From assembly GCA_012295275.1 (NCBI GenBank), contig CM022667.1, positions 9,486,001 through 9,550,000 on the forward strand: DNA of 64,000 bases. The letters run 5' to 3'. The notes beneath the pieces were generated by a model. That model was not told the DNA's origin and made no database searches. It saw nothing but the letters and a program-made list of their open reading frames with translations. Shown one piece after another: positions 18,853-31,336 of this stretch (position 1 is the stretch's first letter; each line of letters opens with the position of its first letter). The position numbers and the translations under genes were made by a program. This DNA comes from Chrysomallon squamiferum (Eukaryota; Animalia; Mollusca).

Positions 18853-21800
18853 ATGAGTTTTGGTGGACAGAATGTTGCAAACATAGCACTAAAAAGCTTT
18901 GAGAGTCAAGATGAAATAGATGAGAAAAAACGACTGCGACAAGAAGAGTGGGAGAAAGTGAGAAAAGCAGATGATCCACTTGGTAATTCTATTTTTGTGA
19001 ACAATCCATTTATTGCTACTGTACTAACTATTTGTATCAGTAACAGGTTTTATGTAGGTTATGAAAGGCAAAGTGATAGGGAATTAAACCAAAAAAACAC
19101 AAAAAAAACTTGTTTTTTAATTTAAAAATTGAAATCATTGTAAAAATACCATTTTGATAATACTAAACTAATTTAAATTTAATATAATTTTTTTTTTATC
19201 TAATCTCATTGTTTGTCAGGTGAATCAGTTTAGTTACTGTTATTACTGTTTTTTTAACCAGTAAGGCATTATTTTAATTTTCTTTGAAAAGATAAAGTTT
19301 AATGTTTGTTCATTTATTGTTTTATCGTTGATGTTTCTTAAATTTATACAAGTCAGCCATTTTTATTTTCTTGTTATGTTACTGTTGATTTTTTCTTTCT
19401 TGAAAAACACACTAAAAATAAAGATTTTATATTACAGTTAATTACTAATAATATTTACTGAAGGAATTATATAGTTGAAAATGAAACAGAAATAGAAATT
19501 AATAAATAAATAGATAAGATTAAAATAATACAGATGTCAGTAAAATGTGAAAGTAAATAAGAAATTGCAATAATAAAAATATGACTTAAAATAAAAAGAA
19601 AATACTAATTAAAATACTAATGATAATAATAATAACAGAAGTACTTCAAGTAATGGTGGTCAAAGTGGAACAGTAGTGACAGCTCTTCAAAACTTAAAAG
19701 TAAATGCAATTACAAATTACCGATTTTTTCCATTTATATGTAAATTATAATGAAACTGTTCTGGCAACACTATTATTTATAAAATAACATTTACAGAGTG
19801 CCCCGAAGAAGAAACCAGATCACTGTATGAACAACTGCAGGCAGTGAAAGACGCGAAAGAGAAGGAGTATGAAGAGGAACATAAATTAAGTGAGTGTTAT
19901 CTTTATTAACGGTCTAACTTGGCAAGGCAGCTTGCATTTTTCAGTGACCCATGATAGCTGTACCAGAAGGAGCTGCAGCTCCTGGAAGTGATTCTGGTTC
20001 TCAAACTGGATTGGTCAAAGGGTAGAATACACTAAAGTGGGACCGGTGCAAAAAAAATAGATGATTAAGCAAAACTACTTGTAGGGAGGCACATAACTGC
20101 AGCTCAACACAAATTCATTTATATTACAGAAATACAAAAACAACAAAACAAAATAAAATCAAAGTTTAACAATGCTGTCAACATTTCAACGTTAATGGTT
20201 ATTATATGGTTTTTGGAAAACAATTTTTGTTTAGTAATATCTCAAAATGGTCCTTGACTGTGTCAGAAAATGGTCTATTAAAATTCTTTGTCCTTCCTTG
20301 TTATTATTTTATTCTTTTGGTCTACATGTGATGATTAGTAACAAAGCATGACAATAAAATAATTCTGTTAAATAATTTGAACAACTGCATTTTACCCTTT
20401 TATAACTGAATCTATGACATTATTGCATATGTGGAAAAATGATAGTTGTGTTTTTGTTATGCTAGAACAAAAATTCAGAGCAAATCAGTCTGCCCTGTAA
20501 ATGATGTCACTGATTTTATGAAATAGTGGCGATACCTAATTATTTTTTTAATCTGTACTGTTTGAATTATTTATTTATTTATTTAATTTTGTTTTAAATT
20601 TTTTTTTTACAGGGAACTCTGTAAAAGGTCTTGAAGAAGAAGAAGTAGGATTTTTAAATTTTGTATCTGAACGGCAACTGCAGATTGAAAAAGAAAGAAA
20701 AAGTGAAGAAGAAAGTGTACTTAAAGAGATGAGAATATCCTTTTATGAGAGAGAGAGAAAGAGTAAAGCTATGTACATATGAACAAGCACACATACACAA
20801 ATACACAGATAAAAGAAAGTTAAAGGTCTAGAGAGAGAGATAATGAGAGTGGGGAGGAGAGAGAGAGAACATACATTGTAAAGTACAAAATCTTTGTCAA
20901 GATAGTATAATCTTAAAGGGACACTACTTGTATTAATTAATGTTACATTTTAATCTGACCTCAGCACGCACATAAATGAGGGATGCATTAATTTCATGAT
21001 ACATTGTGTGTATACACAGATTTGAATATGTAACAGGAAAAATTCATTCTTGGAGACAGAGTCAAATGTGTATATGTGCATGCATGTACTCATGTAAATA
21101 AATATTTTGTTTTAGTTTCCCTCCATTCTTAACAAAATGTAACAACAAATGAGTACAGACTACCAACACTGCTGTGATGCAATGACACGTACAATGCAGG
21201 CCGTCTTGCTTTAAAGAGTTTAAAAATGAGTGTTTATATATATATACATTTTATTATTTTTTTTTTTTTCCCCATTGCAAAACCATTTACAAGAATGTTT
21301 CAACAGTCTCACAAGTCTGGCTGCTAAAATATTTTTCTAATCACTGGAGATTAGTTGCGAGTTATCAGGTTCTGCTTGTTGTTTCCATATCTAGGGTTAC
21401 CTCCCTTGACAATTTTTGTAAGAATCAACTGTGAAACACGGCAGACCCAAATCTCCAAAGTCGCCAAGACGCAGATCTAACAACAGATCACCAACCAGAC
21501 CCTCGGGCAGCAGAGGATCACGCAAGTCCCAGCAGACGCTGCTGTCAGGAGCTGTGAAGAGAAAACGGTTTTGTTTTTTTCATTTATTTATTACATTTCT
21601 TTCTTTTTTTCTGACTGTTATATTCTCAATGTTGGCTTATGAGATTTTGTTTTATAGTGCAGGTTGTTGTATTGTTTTGCATTGCATAAATTTAGAATTG
21701 AAAAAAAAGAAACTGCATTTAATCACAGGAAAGTCCAGTATCATGAAATATATTGAGACTTGTTATTGATTATGTTTTACTATACATGATCTTTTGTGAT

Positions 21801-22705
21801 GTGTTTAATTTTTATTCTGTAAATTTGATTTTATTTCTTTTATTTTATTTTTTTAAATTTAATTTAATTTATTTCTGTTTTTAATTTTAGATCTCGTTCA
21901 CCAAGAAAAAGGATAAAGTACACATTACTTGAATTAGATCAAGATGCTTTAGAACAAGCTACTTCAGGTCTAGGTAACAAAATCTGTCTGTCTGTCTGTC
22001 TGTCTGTATCTTAGTCTGTTTATCTATCCTTTATATTTATAAAACAAAGGAAAAGATTCGGGTTAAAGCGAAATAATCTTTTAAAATGAGAGCGACAGCA
22101 ATAACTTGGTCGCATAGAACTAATCTGAATAAAGTACCGTACTTGTTGTTGTACAGTTTGAGATATTTCCAAATCTGACTAGTGCTCAGTTTTAGAAAAG
22201 CTGCTTTGTGTGGCTTACTGCTCTATGAAAAGTTTAATATTTCTGCTTAGCAACCTAAGGACTGAAGATTGAAGCTTTCTTCTCTGCTATATAATGTAAC
22301 TGAAAAAGGAAATATCTGACACTGAATAAGTAGCTAAAATTTCAATTTAGTGAGCAAATTGTCTTTCATTCATCTGTTTATTTCCTTTCAAAAGCAAACT
22401 TAGAAGAGGATAATGACGATAAAGAAGTAAAAAAAGAAGTTGTAGAGAAAGAGAAAAAGCAAGAAGATGATGATGACGACGATGATGATGATGATCATGA
22501 TGATGATGCCTGCAACAGTTCGAAAGGAAGCTACACTGTACCACCTGCTAAAGGGGGCGTGGCACGTGTTATTGGCATTCTGCCAGGGATTGGCGAATAC
22601 TCGGGAGACAGTTCAGATTCCACATCGAGCGAGTCGGACATTGATGATTTGTTTACACCCAAAACTGTTATTCGCAGAGTGCAGATTGTCGAAAGCAACA
22701 ATTAG
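18853..22705 (+). CDS. PSME3IP1: PSME3-interacting protein (PIP30/NIP30/FAM192A), about 294 aa, 6 coding exons
   Basis: Exons 18853-18982, 19797-19889, 20613-20734, 21422-21567, 21891-21973 (or 21967), 22395-22705. Conserved EKKRLRQEEWEKVRKADDPLECPEEE.RSLYEQL, KGLEEEEVGFL, SQQTLLSGAVKRK and C-terminal IGILPGIGEYSGDSSDS (PA28gamma-binding region). Confidence 0.9.
20735..21421 (+). other. U12-type (minor spliceosome) intron of PSME3IP1, probable AT-AA termini
   Basis: 5' site AGA|ATATCCTTTT is the U12 consensus. Branch point CCTTGAC at 21404-21410. The frame-preserving 3' end 12 nt after the branch A is ...TTGTAA|GAATCA. Confidence 0.72.
21127..21220 (+). repeat. Short dispersed repeat, copy 1 (intronic, CpG-decayed)
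   Basis: TCTTAACAAAATGTAACAACAAATGAGTACAGACTACCAACAC...TTGCTTTAAAGAGT aligns with 23700-23793. Confidence 0.75.
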
Positions 22706-22810
22706 AATAAATCTGTTTTATTGTTTTAAAAATTGATTTAGTCCAAAGCCTTGTTGATTTTCTTTATATCTGTCTATCAATCTAACATATATGTATATCA
22801 AGGCATTAGA

Positions 22811-22859
<49 letters not shown>

Positions 22860-23699
22860 TTAAGAGCTTCTGGCTCTAACCTCTTGAAGATATATATATA
22901 TATATATTAGACTGATAGATAAATAGATACACACTCACATACATACTGTAAGTATGTCAGGTGAAGAAACAAACTTTTATACTGCTAACAGTTCTGCCAA
23001 CAAAATTAACAGTAGTGAAACAGAAAACAAAATTCCATTTACATTTAGTCAAAATTAGAATTATTTCATAATGCTATTTCAAGACTTTATATAGATGAAA
23101 TAGCTTACATTTACATACTTTAATAATAATCATTATTAATGAGAGATCATCAATAAAGTTTAGTTGAAATTTTTGAATAAATAAAGATAATTAAAGTGCA
23201 GTTTAATTTTTCGTCCTTTTTTTCCTGATGCATTCCTAAAAATGTTGTGAAAAGAAAACTGAGTTAAAATTATCAATGATTTTACTTTTTTTTAAATTAG
23301 AGAGAGAGAGAGACATTTACACAGATAAATTTCGTATCAAGTTGCATGTATTACCAAGATTTAAATTAGTTTTGAGCAACCTGTAAATATGCTTCCTGTA
23401 TAAACGATAACTTTTACCATAAAATAAAAATAAAAGGTTTCCATTTGAATATGACACGCCCAAAGTACGAGTCAAATCTTTTACGGTAATGCAATTTTTA
23501 TTTCAAATTATACAAGTGCTTAAAAAGTTGAAGTTTTGGGGTCAAATTTAGTTCGTTTCTTCATTTTATAGATAACATTATCCGACTCAAAATAATCAAA
23601 CAGTAAATATTTTATTACTATTATTTAATATAATTTATTTTACAAGTATATATTTAATATTTATTTATTTATTTTATTTATTTCTTTTTCTTTTTTCAA

Positions 23700-23793
23700 T
23701 CTTAACGAAATGTAACAACAAACGAGTATATACTACCAGCGCAGCCATGATATGATGTGCATTGCGGACCGGTTTGGTTGCTTTAAGGAGTCT
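23700..23793 (+). repeat. Short dispersed repeat, copy 2 (intergenic, CpGs intact)
   Basis: TCTTAACGAAATGTAACAACAAACGAGTATATACTACCAGCGC...TTGCTTTAAGGAGT aligns with 21127-21220. Confidence 0.75.
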
Positions 23794-24279
23794 TTTTGTT
23801 TTTTCAGAAAGAAAAAACTCAGGCACGCATCTACCTATTAGTCCGCCATATGCACAGTAACATCACAACTTGGTTGTAAAGAGAGAAATTGGCAGTGTTA
23901 AAAGATAACTCTACGTAGCTCTAAACAGTATTATAATAACAGAGAGGTATAAAGAATTTTATCTGACCAGTTATTCGGTTCAGTTACAACATAAATTAAC
24001 TGGGAGATGTAAAAAAAACAGGTAATAAATAAAATAAATAAATCAAATAAAACCTCGGTAATTCGAACTCGGATACAGATTGCTTATCTTCGTTTATTCC
24101 AAAATCTATTGGTATTAATACTGTTATTACAAATTAACTATATATTAACTTTAGTATTGTTGTCGTTGTTGTTATTTTAGTATATAAATAAAAGTATTTC
24201 ATCTTGAATGTTTTATCTATACAAAGTCGTGGAATAAGCATAAAGAAATAATTCTAGTTATCACGTTAATGTTATGTTT

Positions 24280-24313
<34 letters not shown>

Positions 24314-24572
24314 GTTTTCCTAGTCTGGTAATTTTATTGACAAAACTAAGCGTTGTAACAGTCTATTTCCTACCTTGACATTTAACAAAGCGCTTGTTTC
24401 TTTTTTTATTAACAGATATATGATCTTCATATAATCGTTACTGCGTGACAAAACTGTTTTTATATAACAGAGAGAAATAATTCTAATCGTCTCAACGCCA
24501 AATATGTTTTCACCTTTTAACAACTGGTTTAAGGCATTGTGTTTTTATTCTACATTGTTATTTATTTAGTTA

Positions 24573-24626
<54 letters not shown>

Positions 24627-24721
24627 GTTGTTATTATTATTATTGTTGTTGTTGTTGTTGTTGTTGTTATTATTTTCTTCTATGTGCAGGAAAGCATATA
24701 CCATAGATTATATTTTGGGGA

Positions 24722-24757
<36 letters not shown>

Positions 24758-25742
24758 CTTATTCTTATTCCTTTTTTTTTCTTCTGGTTTAAATGAATGA
24801 GAATGTAGGTAGACAAATGGTTACAAAACTAAACAAAGATAAACCTAGATAAATAACGTGTGTGTGTTTGTGAAAAGAATTAGTACGAACCCTCAAAAAT
24901 ATATAAACTAATGTAACTAACACATTTTTCTTTCTTTCCCACAACCACAGAATGTCAAGAGTTAAGACCAGACGCACGCGCGTTCCCAGTTCTCGTGGCA
25001 AACGAGAAAATAAAACAAAAAACAAAAAATCGTCGGGGGTTAACGCGTTCTGCTTTCTCGTAACTGCCGAGTGCGTACGAACAGGTGTCAGGGCGCATAA
25101 AAAATATATTTATTTGTTTTTAGAGCGAAACTAATGTTAAACTCAGATGGTTATTTCTGGGAAGCAGATAAAAGAGAAAAAGAGAAGAAGAAGAAGAAGA
25201 AGAGTATATATATATATATGTTCTGAGTGGGGGAAAAAAAGCAAAAACTTTATTATCTTTCAGTATGTTTTTGATTCCGTGTGAGACCTCGGGAATTATG
25301 GTCCACTGCCCCGATTCTGCCGATGTCGGCTTTTTCTGTTTTCCTTAAGAATGAAACTCGAGTTTCTTGAGCCAGACTTGTCCGACCAGATGTATGTAAT
25401 TTGCGTTCTTAGCTTTGCTTAATTAACTGAAAGCTTACCAAATGAGCAAAAGAAATCTGACAAGGTCACGGTGACCTCACAGAGCGGGGCAAATATAAGT
25501 TTTCGTTCAAAAACATGCGGGCTGTCTTCAAAGGTTTCCTATCATAATTTAATTAGTAATGTGAAATTCACAGATTTGTTTCAATTAATGTCGACGGGAA
25601 AGGCCATTGGCAATGTCAACGGGAAAAAGCAGACGAATAGTAGTTCCTGCGAGAAGTTATAGACTGTGAGATATATAACGTGTGTGTGTTGATAAAAGCA
25701 GAGGGGACAAAAAAAAAAAAAAATCCCTTGACGTGTTATAAA

Positions 25743-26010
25743 CAGGGCCTAAGAAGGGGGCCCAGCCGGGGCCCAGTAACTAAGAAGGATCCACTACAAC
25801 CATGCAAAATCGACCCCCCCCCCACGTCGAGAACAACTACTTTCTACTACCCTCAGCCTGACATACACTTACATTCACATACACAAACATCACTATGTTT
25901 ATCACATCACACTTACTTCTTTTGCTTAGTATTCTGAGAAAAATCTTTGCCTGCCTCGGGGTCCCAACGAGGTCTTGTACCACCTTGCAAATTTTCTCTT
26001 GGAGGCCCTG
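25743..26010. mobile_element. Non-autonomous hAT-type MITE (268 bp)
   Basis: Terminal inverted repeats CAGGGCCT (25743) and AGGCCCTG (26010). Flanking 8-bp TSD GTTATAAA (25735-25742) / GTTATACA (26011-26018), 7/8 identical. GC-rich GGGCCC subterminal motifs. Confidence 0.72.
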
Positions 26011-26194
26011 GTTATACATGATATTGTCATATTATTAGCAAAGGTTCGTCTCAAGTGACTGAAAGCCTCATTCCTACTAAAGTATAAATAATGATTTTAA
26101 TGTTATGATGTTAGTACCTTTTTAATCAAACTATCAAATTATTATTTTAAAGTATAACACATGTGGGGTGGGATGTGAAACTATATTCCTATTT

Positions 26195-26246
<52 letters not shown>

Positions 26247-26564
26247 TAATAATAATAATTTAAAATAAAAAAAGAAGGAAGAAATAAAAAGAAAACTATT
26301 ACAATAAAAGAATAATACAGAAAAGCAATGACTTTATCCTATTTTAATATCCTAGATTTTATATTACTATATTCGATTGTCGTCGATATATCATTACAAA
26401 CTAAACACAATACTTTTCTGGGTTTTAATTCACTGAGAGAAGTGGAGAAAGAACATCAACGATAATGAGGAGGATAGTGAATGCAGTGGTTCTGGTGATG
26501 GTTAACTGAACAAAAAGAATAGTAGTAGTAGTAGTAGTAGTAGTAGTAATAGTATCAGTAGTAA

Positions 26565-26782
26565 TAGTTGTATCAGTAGTAATAGTAATAATAACAGTCG
26601 TAGTAGAATAGTAGTTGTATCAGTAGTAATAGTAATAATAACAGTCGCAGTAGAATAGTAGTAGTATCAGTAGTAATAGTAATAATAACAGTCGTAGTAG
26701 AATAGTAGTTGTATCAGTAGTAATAGTAATAATAACAGTCGTAGTAGAATAGTAGTAGTATCAGTAGTAATAGTAATAATAA
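26565..26782. repeat. 47-bp minisatellite, about 4.5 copies
   Basis: ACAGTCG recurs at 26594, 26641, 26688 and 26735 (period 47); unit AGTAGTAATAGTAATAATAACAGTCGTAGTAGAATAGTAGTTGTATC. Confidence 0.9.
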
Positions 26783-28060
26783 AGAGAGGGGGTGGCAAGA
26801 AGAACGTACCTTCCATCTTTGGACCTCAAACATTTAGCAATTATAATGTTACAGAAAACCCTGTACAAATTCCCATTAAATCAAAATATTTTTTATTTGT
26901 ATTTTTTACAAAAGGTAAGCCAGCTTATATCATAAATTTAGATATACATGTCTGATGTAAAGTGAAATAGAATAGCTGGCTGCCAAGAAGGATAGATCCG
27001 ATACCGCGCGTTTTACAGACATCATTTTTAAATAATCGCAACTTAAAGAAACATATAGCTAAAAGGATAAATAAATAAAAATTTGATATCATAAACATGC
27101 AAAACGTAAGTTCAGAGGTCGAAGAGTCAGTGTGTTAATTCAGCTGTCGAAGAATTTTTTTTTTCCCCAGGGTGAGTATTTGAAACTTCCACCAAACCTC
27201 ATTATGAGTCTGAGAACATTCAAAAATAATCTTTTAAAACACACCACGTACTCTCGTTAAAACTGGCGAATTCGATACGTGTACTTCTCAAACCTTTGGC
27301 TCGGGTCCATAAAATAGGATAGGGGAGGGTCTACGGCTTAATAAAAGAAAAAGAAGAAATAAAAGTAAAAACCTATACATTATTCAGGAGAAAAAGGAAT
27401 GGTGGTGTGAGACTAAAGGTCACGTGTAATAGTTCTCGCGGAACGAGATTTCACGACGTCTGAAGTAGAATTTTATCTTTTTTTATCGTTTAATAATTCG
27501 TTGATATGTGAAATGAAAGCTGAACTTCCTACCTCACACAAAGCGCTCGGCAGAAAAAGAAATAGCAATTCACGGTCTTTGTTATTCGTTTCCCCTGAAA
27601 TATTTAAAATTTTTCAATCTCTCATTTTTATGTTTAAAAAAATAAAAAAATGAAAAAATAAAAAAATTATATAAATATTTGTTTAAAGTATAAATTTGAA
27701 CAACGGCAGATATTCTCAATATATCTGGCAAACTTCCAAGTTATTGTTTTATTTATTTTCTGCTCTGAAAAGTTAATTTGAAAAGAAGTTATAACAACAG
27801 ACTGTTTCAAATATCAGGCCACCGCCATATTTCTGTAGTTGTAACACAATCGCAAACAAGTTGGTATTATTTGTTCTAAATTTTGTTCTGATGTTTTCAG
27901 AGTAAGAGTTAACAGCCCACCACCAATTCAACATCGGCGTTCGATTTTTTAAAATTATTTTAAATCTATTATTTCATAGTTATACTTTGTTATAAGTGAT
28001 GATAAAATATAAAATAATAACTTGAGAGTATAAATAATTTTGTTAGACTATTTATTCGTG

Positions 28061-28120
<60 letters not shown>

Positions 28121-29963
28121 AATAAATATTCGTTTAATGAAAACAGATACAACTAGTCAACACCATTATCACCCGTAGCAGCAAAACTGCAACAAACTGA
28201 CGTCTGCACCAAGCACCTTAGTGCCATTCCGCACCATGAAGCATATAACTGATGAAATACCAGCAACATTAAGCCGGCAATATATCATTTACAGAAAATC
28301 AGCAGCACGCCATCAGCATGAGCAGCATGCCACGGCATCAGCAACGACTGACACGCATGCAACTAATTGCAATTAGCAACATGAAACCACTTAAGGAATT
28401 CAGCAGAATGTCATTAGTAAAAAACAATCAGCATCAAATGGATAACATTCTGATACAGGCAAGTGAAGAGCAAGTCAGCAATATTAAGTCAATAATATTT
28501 CAACGAAAAAGAGATCATTTCAGCACACGAGAGAGAAATATGGCAGCAACATTTCAGCATAAATAAGTAAGAAATATGGGAGTAACATTTCAATATAAAA
28601 GAAAGGAAAACTTCAGAACAAAAGTGAGCAACGTTAGCAAAATAGGTAAGTGAACAAAACTGTAACAACATAACGCTATACACAATAGAGAAATATGCCT
28701 GAAACATTTCAACAAACAAACCAACAATTTTGTCAACATAAATACTTGAAAAATATGCAAAGAACAAACACTTCAAGACAAAATTTATCAACGTCTTCAA
28801 TTTATATGAGCGTCGTTGGCGTCCTAAATTATGTTATAAATATGCTACAGATAGCAAGTCTTCAAAAAAAACCAACCCAAAACAGTAATTAACATCGCCC
28901 AGATAAAATTAGAAAAGAACAAAAAAAAGAAGAAGGAAAAAGATGTATTCAGAAGCAGACACCAAGGCATTCTGTGCTGCTACTCCTGAGATACAGATGG
29001 CGCTTCTGATTATCAGCTGATGATATGTTCGAGATATACTACTCATTAACTTCCCCATCGCATCCCCGAGCTTCTTTCTTTCTCGTCTTTTGTCTAACAA
29101 AAAAAAAAGAAAAGAAGAAGAAAAACCTTAAAAAAACTAAAGAAACGATAATAGAGATCACTTCTGATGGACACACAAAAAAAATACTCAGTGTAATTAT
29201 GGTCTATAATACTGAAACATCAAATTGCAGGTTCATTTTTATTTCATATATATCATTTATAAAAACATGGCACATGAAAAAGTACAAAAAATACTCGACT
29301 ATATGAACACAATTATTTACACAAACTCTACAAATTCATTTTCTTTTTATGTTTTCACATTTTTGTTTCTCCGTTTTTCCAATGCCAACTCCTTCGTGTG
29401 CACACCAACGCTGCAGATGATTTCGTTGCACTGGTGTGTGGTCCCTCCGCACAAAAAATGAAGTACAAAACACGTGACAACAAAATTTCATGCACTGGTT
29501 TTTCGTGGCTTTGAAAACCAGTGCAAAAATGAAAATTAGAAAGTACCCGCATTAAGACAAAATGAGCAAAAAGAGTTCACTAACAGAAAATTAAGACAGG
29601 TGGGTTTTTGGTGATTGTTTGTTTTGTGTATTGGTTTGTTGTGGATTTATTTATTTAGTTAGTTAGTTAGTTAGTTATATTTCTATTTATTTATTAATTT
29701 ATTGTTTTATTTATAGTTCGATTTATTTATTATTTGTTTAGTTACTTAATGAATTATTAATTTTTATTTATTTATTTATTTGTTTAATTTAATTTAATTT
29801 GATTGGTTAGTTCACTTAATCGCTTTAAAATGTCAAAAAAAAAAAAAAAAAAAAAGCAATGTTAATTCATCATGAACATTTGAGAGAGACAGAGAAAGAA
29901 AAAGGTAGGCTTAGGACAGAAAGAAGTAAGATAAATGAAACAAAAACAGATAATAATAATAAT

Positions 29964-30022
<59 letters not shown>

Positions 30023-31296
30023 TAATAAATAGATAAATTAATTAATTAACAAACAAAACAAACATCTAAATTATACAACTAAAACGTAAATAAATATTAA
30101 TACCAACAACTTAGATAAACAAAAATAAGAAATACAAAAACCAACAACATCAACGAAAACAAAAAACAACATCAACAATCGAAACAAAACAATCAGCACA
30201 TCTATTCCCATAATTATAACAAATGGGCTTTTTTCTTCTTCTTCTTTTTTTCTTTATTTCTCTAAATAGTTTTTGCTTTGCAAATAGTCCTAATCAGCTG
30301 TGTTTTGAATCCGATCTCACAAAAAAAAAAAAAAAAAAAAAAAAATTAAAGAAAAAGAAAATTTTTCCAACGCTGAGTATCGTACTTTAGAGGCCAGGAA
30401 CTAATTTTCTAGTCAATGACCCAGAAATGGCGGGACCGTCTGGTGAGCAGACGTCTGTGCTCTACGATGTACTTGAGTATTAATTTAAGCAAAATGATGG
30501 AAGGAGAAAACTGAACATAAAAACAAAGACATTTTAAATAAATGTTTCATCATGTTTCTATGTGTGTAAGTGCGTGCGTGCGTGCTTTGTCCGTAAAGGT
30601 TAATACACTGTTAGTAGTGTGTACATGTGGGTGCTTAATCTTCTTAGAATGCATTAATGTAAGTGCCATTTATGCGTTCGTTGTTTGTGTCTGAATAGAC
30701 TGCATGCGTATCGGTAGGCAGTGTGTGTCCGTATACATCAGTGATGTCTGTCTGTGTTTATGTTTGTGACTGTATTTGTTGTGCTTCTGTACGTGCGAGT
30801 GAATAAACCCTGGAGAAAAAAAAAATTGATAAAAGATATCTGTCAAGGACAACATTAAAAAAAGAGAGGAGAAAACGATTACATTATAAGAAAAAAAAAT
30901 GTGAGAACGTAAGACTAAAATATCGAAACTAAAAGTAAATAAATAAATAAATTAAAAAAAACAAAAAAAAACAAGATGAAACAACAACAACAACAACAAC
31001 AACAACAAAAACACATTATTCCAGAATTGAAACAATGTAATAAAACAGAAAAGGAGTAAAAGAAAAAAGAAAAGAAGAATGAAAGAATAAAGTACGAAAG
31101 AAAGAAAGAAAGAAGAATGAATGAAAAGAGAAATCAACGAAAAGAAAAAAAAAGGATAGAATGAAAAACAAAATTAACACTGAGGAAAAAGAAAAGAGAA
31201 AATGAAACACGTGCTAGAAATCATAAAGTTATTACATCAACAAAATAATTGTATGTTGCCTGGCAAGGACAAACTCATTAGTGCAACTTTAAACAG

Positions 31297-31336
<40 letters not shown>

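Noticed and set aside
27155-27177. TTTTCCCCAG-G-GTGAGT, resembling a 1-nt exon or recursive splice site
   Set aside because: No plus-strand host gene spans it, and it is not a direct AG|GT.
28140-28900. Short ORFs in a CAGCA/AGCAAC-rich stretch
   Set aside because: Low-complexity degenerate repeat with no recognisable domain or exon chain.
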